47,898 nucleotides of DNA from an uncultured Anaerolineaceae bacterium (GTDB taxonomy: Bacteria; Chloroflexota; Anaerolineae; Anaerolineales; E44-bin32), in assembly GCA_964448245.1 (NCBI GenBank), contig CAYUWF010000004.1:1-47898 (forward strand). The letters are read 5' to 3'. Each line of letters begins with the position of its first letter. Position 1 is the first letter of the stretch. The position numbers were made by a program, and so were the translations under genes. Below are positions 42,026 through 47,898 of the stretch, one piece after another. The notes beneath the pieces were generated by a model, which saw only the letters and a list, made by a program, of their open reading frames with translations, was not told the origin of the DNA and did not search any database.

Positions 42026-45000
42026 GTGGACCTGTCGTCCCTGGTCGACACGTTGCGCGGCGCCGCGGCTTATCGCAACCTGGTGCGCCAGTTGCGCCTC
42101 CACGGGTCGATCGGCGAGCCGCTGCGCCTGCCGCGTTCCGCCCGCGGCCTGCTGGCGGCGGCGCTGGTCTCCGACCTTCGGCGCCCGATCCTGCTCGTCG
42201 CTTCCCGCCCCGATCGACTCCTGACGCTCCAGGAGGAGATCGCCTTGTGGTCGCCGGCGCTCCACAGCCTGACGTACGCCAGCCCGACCCCGTTGTTCTA
42301 CGAAACAGAACCCTGGGGCCCGCGGACGATCCATCAGCGGATCGAGGTCCTGGCCGACCTGGCCCTGGGCGGCGATGCCGGGCCGGCGGGCCGCGTCGTT
42401 CTGGCCGCGGCCAAGGGACTCATCACACACACCCTCTCGCCCGATCAATTCCGCGCCCACACCAGGGTCATTCGGCGCGGCGAATCGGTTCGCTATGACG
42501 GCCTGTTGGCGTCGCTCGTGGGTGTGGGGTATCGTCCGGCATCCCTCGTCCTGGAGCCGGGACAATTCAGCCGCCGCGGCGGAATCCTCGACCTGTGGCC
42601 TCCCTCGGAAGCCCTTCCCTCCCGTCTCGAGTTCTTCGGCGACGAAATCGAATCCATCCGCCGCTTCGACCCCGAACAGCAGCGCTCGCTGGATTCCCTC
42701 GACCATCTGACGATCCCTCCGGCGCGCGAGGGCCTGCCGGCCCTTCTGCGACCGGCGTGGAAGCGCTATCTGCCGGAGCAGCCGGGCGAGGCGGAAGCCC
42801 GTTTGGAGTTCTTCTTGCCGGGGATGGCGGACGAACCATCAACCTTGCTGGACTACCTCCCGGCCGAGGCCATCCTCCTGTTGGATGATGGAGCCGCCAT
42901 CGACGAGGCGGTTACCGAGCAGGAAGAACAGGCTTTGGAGCAGGCGCGCTTGCTGCGTCAGTCGAGTCACTTCCCGCCCGGGCTGGATCGGCCGTATCTT
43001 CCGCTGGACGAGTTGCGCGAGGCCTTGCGGACTCGAGGGGCGATCGACCTCGGTTTCCTGACCGCCCCCGACCGCGCCGGCTGGCCGCTCGAGTCGGCCT
43101 TCCAGCCCGGGCCGCGCTTCGCCGGCCAGCTCAAGCGCCTCACCGAGCACCTCCTCGCCTGCCGGGTAGACCACGAGGCGGCCGTCGTGGTCAGCCGCCA
43201 GGCCGATCGCCTGGCGGAAGTCTGGTCCGCAGAGGGCGGAGAAACGCCCGTCGTTGATTCGCTCCCGCCGGCGATCGAGGCCGGGGCCGTAATCTTCCTG
43301 CGCGGGTCGCTGACGGACGGGTGGACTCTCGCCGCCGGCGCAGGTCGGCTGCATCTGCTGAGCGATGCCGAGATCTTCGGCTGGGGGCGCCCCCAGCCCC
43401 GCGTCCGCAGTGCCCCTCCCGCCGCCGCGCCCGAGTCGGCCTTTGCCGACCTCAATCCCGGCGACTGGGTCGTCCACACCGACTTCGGCATCGGCCGCTA
43501 CAGCGACCTGGTGGAAAGGACGCTGGAAGGCGTGCCACGCGAGTACCTGATGATCGAGTACGCCCAAGGCGGGCAGGTGTACGTGCCGATCCATCAGGCC
43601 GACCGGGTGACGCGCTACGTCGGCGCGGAGGGCGCCGCCGTCGTCCCCTCACGGCTGGGGACGGCCGAATGGGAACGCGCCAAGGGCGAGGCGCGCAAGG
43701 CGGTCGAAAGCGTCGCCCAGGATCTGCTCGACCTGTATGCCCGGCGCATGACGGCCGTCGGCTTCGCCTTCCCCGGAGACTCAATCTGGCAGCGCGAACT
43801 GGAGGCGTCGTTTCCGTACACCGAGACCGGGGATCAACGGAAGGCGGTCGAGGCCGTTACGAGCGACATGGAACAACCCCGGCCGATGGACCGATTGATC
43901 TGCGGCGATGCCGGGTACGGGAAGACCGAGGTCGCCCTGCGGGCGGCTTTCAAAGCCGTGCTCGGCGGGAAGCAGGTGGGGCTCCTCGTCCCGACGACGA
44001 TCCTGGCGCAGCAGCATTACCGGACTTTCCGTCAGCGCCTGGCCGCCTTTCCGGTGAAGGTCGAAATGCTCTCGCGCTTCCGCACGCGGTCGGAGATCGC
44101 CGCCGTCCTGGCCGGCCTGGCCGACGGCTCGGTGGACATCGCCATTGGGACGCATCGCTTGCTGCAGCGGGATGTGCTCTTCAAGGATCTGGGGCTGCTG
44201 ATTATCGACGAGGAACAGCGCTTCGGCGTGACCCACAAGGAGTCGCTCAAGCAGGTGCGCACGGAAGTCGACGTCCTGACCCTGACGGCGACGCCCATCC
44301 CGCGCACCCTGTACCTGGCGCTGACCGGCGCCCGCGACATCTCGACGATCAACACGCCGCCGGAGGAACGCCTGCCAGTGGCGACGCATATCGGGCCCTA
44401 CGATCCGCGGGTGATCCGCCAGGCCGTCCTGCGCGAGCTCGATCGCGGCGGGCAGGTGTTCTTCGTCCACAACCGCGTGCAGACGATCCACGCCATGGAG
44501 CAGCGTCTGGAACGCCTGCTGCCGGAAGCGCGCCTGGCCGTCGCCCACGGCCAGATGCCCGAGGCCGATCTGGCCGAAGTGATGGAACGTTTCGCCGCCG
44601 GCGAGGTCGATATCCTGGTCAGCACGTCGATCATCGAGTCCGGTCTGGATATCCCCAACGCCAACACCTTGATCGTCGACCGCGCCGACCATTTCGGGCT
44701 GACCCAGCTCTATCAGCTGCGCGGTCGAGTCGGACGGGGGGCGGCGCGCGGGCACGCCTTTCTCTTCCGCCCCAGCCGTGGGCGAGCCGGCGATGAGGCG
44801 CTTCGCCGCCTGGAGATCCTGGCCGAGCAGACTCAGCTCGGCGCCGGCTTCAACATCGCTATGCAGGACCTCGAGCTGCGCGGCGCCGGCGAGGTCCTCG
44901 GTACGCGCCAACACGGACACATCGCCGCCATCGGCTTCCATCTGTATACCCGGCTGCTGGCGGCGGCCGTCCGGCGCCGGCGGCAGTCCGTCGAAGGTCC

Positions 45001-45463
45001 CGTGCCGCACCTGGAGGCCCTGACCGGCACCGAGGATCCGCTGGGAGTCGAGATCGATCTGCCGCTGGCCGCCATGCTCCCGGCGGACTACATCTCGGAT
45101 CGGTCCCTTCGGCTGCGTCTCTACCGCCGCCTGGCGACATTGCGGCGCGAGGCCGAGCTCCCGGAGCTCCGCCGTGAGCTCCAGGATCGCTTCGGCCCTC
45201 CGCCGCCGGAAGTCGACAACCTGCTCTATCTGCTGCGGACGAAGATGCTGGCGGCCGAGGCCGCCGTCGAAGGGGTGAGCGTCGAGAACGGACAGATCCT
45301 CGTCCACGACCCCGGAGCCGATCAGCGCTACCGCCCAACCGACTTCCCGGGCGAGGTGCGCCGCAGCAAGCGTGGTTTGTGGATCGCCCGTTCGCAGGAT
45401 TGGCCGGAGCGACTGGAGGAACTGCTACGAGCGCTCGGCCGGGTTTCGGCCGCCCGCCGTTGA
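42026..45463 (+). CDS. mfd: Transcription-repair coupling factor
   Basis: CarD-like RNAP-interaction region (..GDWVVHTDFGIGRY..), helicase motifs ..GDAGYGKTEVA.., ..IIDEEQRFGV.., and the TRG region. GTG 42026 lies 6 nt after the pth stop. Confidence 0.95.
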   Translation: MDLSSLVDTLRGAAAYRNLVRQLRLHGSIGEPLRLPRSARGLLAAALVSDLRRPILLVASRPDRLLTLQEEIALWSPALHSLTYASPTPLFYETEPWGPRTIHQRIEVLADLALGGDAGPAGRVVLAAAKGLITHTLSPDQFRAHTRVIRRGESVRYDGLLASLVGVGYRPASLVLEPGQFSRRGGILDLWPPSEALPSRLEFFGDEIESIRRFDPEQQRSLDSLDHLTIPPAREGLPALLRPAWKRYLPEQPGEAEARLEFFLPGMADEPSTLLDYLPAEAILLLDDGAAIDEAVTEQEEQALEQARLLRQSSHFPPGLDRPYLPLDELREALRTRGAIDLGFLTAPDRAGWPLESAFQPGPRFAGQLKRLTEHLLACRVDHEAAVVVSRQADRLAEVWSAEGGETPVVDSLPPAIEAGAVIFLRGSLTDGWTLAAGAGRLHLLSDAEIFGWGRPQPRVRSAPPAAAPESAFADLNPGDWVVHTDFGIGRYSDLVERTLEGVPREYLMIEYAQGGQVYVPIHQADRVTRYVGAEGAAVVPSRLGTAEWERAKGEARKAVESVAQDLLDLYARRMTAVGFAFPGDSIWQRELEASFPYTETGDQRKAVEAVTSDMEQPRPMDRLICGDAGYGKTEVALRAAFKAVLGGKQVGLLVPTTILAQQHYRTFRQRLAAFPVKVEMLSRFRTRSEIAAVLAGLADGSVDIAIGTHRLLQRDVLFKDLGLLIIDEEQRFGVTHKESLKQVRTEVDVLTLTATPIPRTLYLALTGARDISTINTPPEERLPVATHIGPYDPRVIRQAVLRELDRGGQVFFVHNRVQTIHAMEQRLERLLPEARLAVAHGQMPEADLAEVMERFAAGEVDILVSTSIIESGLDIPNANTLIVDRADHFGLTQLYQLRGRVGRGAARGHAFLFRPSRGRAGDEALRRLEILAEQTQLGAGFNIAMQDLELRGAGEVLGTRQHGHIAAIGFHLYTRLLAAAVRRRRQSVEGPVPHLEALTGTEDPLGVEIDLPLAAMLPADYISDRSLRLRLYRRLATLRREAELPELRRELQDRFGPPPPEVDNLLYLLRTKMLAAEAAVEGVSVENGQILVHDPGADQRYRPTDFPGEVRRSKRGLWIARSQDWPERLEELLRALGRVSAARR

Positions 45464-46291
45464 CTCCCGGCGGGCCAGCTCGTCCGCCCGCTCGGGGCGC
45501 ACAAAGGTGCGCTCGGCGATCCAGTCCACGGCGCCGGGCAGGGCGCGGGCCAGCCATTGCAACGGCCTCATCCAGGTCGGCATCACCCGGACACGCCTCG
45601 GCCGCTCGGCCAGATCGGCCACCGCCTCCCCGACCTGCGCCGCGCGCAAGACCCACCGGCGTGGGGTGCGGAAGCCGGTTCGCCGGCGCGCCACCGAATC
45701 CGCGCCGAGCGCCGTGTCGACGGCCCCCGGCAGCAGCAGCGCCACCCTGATCCCCCACACGCTCACTTCGCGGCGCAGCGCCTCGGCGAATCCGATCAGC
45801 CCGAACTTGGTGGCGGCGTAGACGCTGTAGGTCGGGGTGGCGACCCGGCCGGCGAGCGAGCCGACCAGGACGATCGTCCCCACCCGTTGGGCCATCATCA
45901 TCGGCAGCGCCGCGCGCACGAGCAGAATCGTCCCGGTCAGGTTGGTGTCAATCTGCGCGCTGATCCCCTCGCCCGGATCCAGGTGATCGAGGAAATCCAT
46001 CCTGCCCACGCCGGCGCTGGTCACGAGCAGATCGAGCCTGGGATAAGAACGGCGCAATTCTTCAACGGCTTGCTCGATTTCCGCGTACTGTCGGACGTCG
46101 AAGGGGTGGGCGATGAAGCACTGCTCCGGGTGGGCGCGAGCCAGCTCCGCCTGCAGCGCGCCCAGCCTCTCGACGCTGCGCCCTCCGAGGAACAGGTCGA
46201 ATCCCCGACGGGCCAGGGCCCGCGCCGCCGCCTGGCCGATCCCGGCGGAGCTTCCACTGATGAGGGCGACCTTGCGCTGAGATGACTTCAC
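45425..46291 (-). CDS. Short-chain dehydrogenase/reductase (SDR)
   Basis: ..ALISGSSAGIGQAAA.. (TGxxxGIG-type), ..TSAGV.., catalytic YSVYAATK. The GTG 46291 start was chosen because the upstream ORF sequence belongs to repeat copy D. The 3' end overlaps mfd by 39 nt. Confidence 0.85.
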   Translation of the reverse strand: MKSSQRKVALISGSSAGIGQAAARALARRGFDLFLGGRSVERLGALQAELARAHPEQCFIAHPFDVRQYAEIEQAVEELRRSYPRLDLLVTSAGVGRMDFLDHLDPGEGISAQIDTNLTGTILLVRAALPMMMAQRVGTIVLVGSLAGRVATPTYSVYAATKFGLIGFAEALRREVSVWGIRVALLLPGAVDTALGADSVARRRTGFRTPRRWVLRAAQVGEAVADLAERPRRVRVMPTWMRPLQWLARALPGAVDWIAERTFVRPERADELARRESTAGGRNPAERS

Positions 46292-46368
46292 GGAGGAGTC
46301 TCCCGAAGGACTTACGCGCTTGTCTCGTCGAGCACGGTTCAAAGGCCGCCGCCCGACCCGCCGTCCGC

Positions 46369-46542
46369 TGGCTCCTGAACAAGCCTGTTCCCGCCTCACC
46401 CCCTGACCCCCTCTCCGCCGACAGGGCCCGAGCATGAGCGGAATTGTGGCGGAGAGGCCCTCCGCTTCGCTACGGGCGGCTCCGCACGGGGCGGAGGGTC
46501 TGGGGGTTTGACGGCGGTCGCTATTTTTCAGCAACCTGCTAG
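46369..46542 (+). mobile_element. MITE-like structured repeat, copy D (short variant)
   Basis: ..GGCTCCTGAACAAGCCTGTTCCCGCCTCACCCCCTGACCCCCTCTCCGCC .. GGGGGTTTGACGGCGGTCGCTATTTTTCAGCAACCTGCTAG. The terminal CTAG overlaps the stop codon of the gene at 46539. Confidence 0.7.
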
Positions 46543-47477
46543 ATCCCGGCGCGCAGTTGGACCAGATGGGAGACGTAAGGTTGGTTGTCGACGTACTCGA
46601 CCCCCACCAGCCACGTGGTCCACGCGTACTCGCTGCCCGTTGCCTCGGCCGGCCGATGCAGAGCGTAGTAGTTCAGGTTGGTGTATTCCGACGGCCAGCG
46701 CGCTTCGCGCAGGGTCGGTCCGATGAGCGTCTCGCTGCAGCCCCGGCTGATCTCGCCGATGGCTACTTCGTCCAGGCGCGGAAGCACGACCTCTTTGAAG
46801 CTGCCGGTGATCGGCCCGCCGCTCAACTGTGTACCCCAATCCACGGGGGAATCACTCCCCATCACGTTGGCGACGTCGCTCGCCCGGTAGCTCACCTCCG
46901 GGTTCCACCAGTCGAAGCGCACAGTCAGCCCACGGCGCGGGCTGACGAGCGCCTGCAGGCTCTGCCCATCGCGGTTGGCGATGCTGGCGCGCAACGCTTC
47001 GAGCAACGTCGGCACCCGCCCGTCACCGCAGAAGGCCTCGGCCGGCACGTCCTGTGTGAGGTCCAGGGCACTTACCCAGCCTCTCCCGCCGGCGAGTCGG
47101 TTGATTTCGACCCAGGTTGAGCTCCCCAAGTTCGTGGCGTTTCCGGTGAGGGCCAGGCCACGTCGGTCGAATTCCAGCTCCCCGACGTCTCCTCCCGAGA
47201 CCCCTGCGACCTGCCGGACGGTCAGGGTCTCCCCCTTGGGAACGCCGAAAACGGCGTGCGAGAACTGGAAGCCCGGCCCCGGTGTGAAGAGATACAGCGG
47301 GGTGCGGGTGACGACGGCGGCCGCCGTCAGGGTGGAAGGGAGTACAGCGGCCCCGGGGAGAATCGGGATGGCGCCCCGCGTGCAGCCGAGGGCGGCCGCG
47401 CCGGCGACGAGAAGCACAAGGAGGATTCGCCAGCCGCGCCGGACGGACATGGTGCGATCGCGTCGGAAGGGGATCAT
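46539..47477 (-). CDS. Hypothetical lipoprotein
   Basis: Signal peptide with lipobox (..RRGWRILLVLLVAGAAALGC..). The mature part has an SH3-like segment (..GETLTVRQVAG..WVEINRL..GWVSALDL..). Alternative start at ATG 47450. Confidence 0.65.
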   Translation of the reverse strand: MIPFRRDRTMSVRRGWRILLVLLVAGAAALGCTRGAIPILPGAAVLPSTLTAAAVVTRTPLYLFTPGPGFQFSHAVFGVPKGETLTVRQVAGVSGGDVGELEFDRRGLALTGNATNLGSSTWVEINRLAGGRGWVSALDLTQDVPAEAFCGDGRVPTLLEALRASIANRDGQSLQALVSPRRGLTVRFDWWNPEVSYRASDVANVMGSDSPVDWGTQLSGGPITGSFKEVVLPRLDEVAIGEISRGCSETLIGPTLREARWPSEYTNLNYYALHRPAEATGSEYAWTTWLVGVEYVDNQPYVSHLVQLRAGI

Positions 47478-47499
47478 CCGCCGGGTCCGCCCCGCGGCC

Positions 47500-47763
47500 T
47501 TAGCAGGCTGCTGAGCAAGCCTGTCCCCACCTCACCCCCCGACCCCCTCTCCACCAACAGGGCCCGAGCACGAGCGGATCCGTGGCGGAGAGGGGGCAGA
47601 AGTTCTGGGGGGTGGGGGGAGCGAAGCTCCCCCACCCCCCAGGAAACCCTCCCCTCCCCCTACAAGAATCTCCGGGCGATGAGCCCAAGCAGGTGCAGGG
47701 GGAGGGGGAGGGGTTAGGGGTAGGGGTTTGACGGCGGTCGCCATTTTTCAGCACCCTGTTAGG
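47500..47763 (+). mobile_element. MITE-like structured repeat, copy E (long variant)
   Basis: T-TA-GCAGGCTGCTGAGCAAGCCTGTCCCCACCTCACCCCCCGACCCCCTCTCCACC ... GGGGTAGGGGTTTGACGGCGGTCGCCATTTTTCAGCACCCTGT-TA-G. Both TIRs are present and flanked by TA. Confidence 0.75.
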
Positions 47764-47898
47764 GCGCTCCGCCAGGCGAGGCCGCGCCGTTGGGGGGGGC
47801 AGATCCACCGGGACGTGGCGCGGCGCCCGCCTTACGTGGCCGCGCCGGAGCCAGCGCCAGTTCGAGGACCGCGTCCATGTGCCGGACGAGGCGCACCT
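47760..47898 (-). CDS. 3' end of an unidentified CDS running off the window edge
   Basis: Open frame from the window edge (..VRLVRHMDAVLELALAPARPRK..) ending at a TAA formed by the terminal TTAG of repeat copy E. Too short to assign a function. Confidence 0.25.

Noticed and set aside
45425-45463. 39-nt convergent overlap of mfd and the SDR gene as a regulatory feature
   Set aside because: Overlapping convergent 3' ends are common in compact GC-rich genomes. There is no structure or motif in the overlap. The SDR C-terminus may also simply be over-extended.
46292-46534. N-terminal extension of the SDR ORF
   Set aside because: The extension is a translation of repeat copy D. GTG 46291, with an upstream GGAG, gives a standard SDR N-terminus.

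Overview
GC-rich (roughly two-thirds G+C by eye) bacterial chromosomal segment of 47.9 kb, made up almost entirely of core housekeeping genes on both strands. Recognised genes: rpsT, argS, a COG2403-type GTPase, an orphan beta-class DNA methyltransferase, an atypical OmpR-family regulator, dinB, a tdk-hpt-cca operon, an rplU-rpmA-rpmE operon, a stand-alone rpoC (1417 aa), argF, a large membrane sensor kinase, a receiver/ParA-like ATPase - sirtuin - GAF-kinase operon, mutL, a HAD nucleotidase, S41 and HtrA proteases, NIL-mgtE, a frameshifted lipid-kinase gene, two SAM methyltransferases (one is trmI), a Nudix CoA pyrophosphatase, rplY/ctc, pth-mfd, an SDR, and several secreted or membrane hypotheticals. 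I saw no rRNA, tRNA, CRISPR array, transposase, integrase, prophage or recognisable defence island. The many long ORFs antisense to these genes are GC-driven artefacts. Gene architectures are reminiscent of Chloroflexota-like lineages, but that cannot be verified from this window. I did not find a convincing new multi-gene system. The signals most worth a second look are: (1) a dense family of about 170-265 bp MITE-like structured repeats with TA-flanked terminal inverted repeats, whose termini coincide with stop codons of neighbouring genes; (2) ribosomal protein L31 fused to an RNA-polymerase alpha-CTD-like helix-hairpin-helix domain, next to an L21 with an AKPAP-repeat tail; (3) a translationally coupled receiver/ParA-like ATPase - CobB sirtuin - GAF histidine kinase operon; (4) a 36-bp perfect palindrome built around a consensus promoter upstream of NIL-mgtE; (5) a structured leader that sequesters the SD of a HAD nucleotidase gene, with a 28-bp piece of it duplicated at the deletion junction of a decayed CoA-transferase gene; (6) rpoC separated from rpoB with its own promoter. 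All promoter, terminator and domain calls come from reading the sequence by eye and from remembered family motifs. No searches were run.
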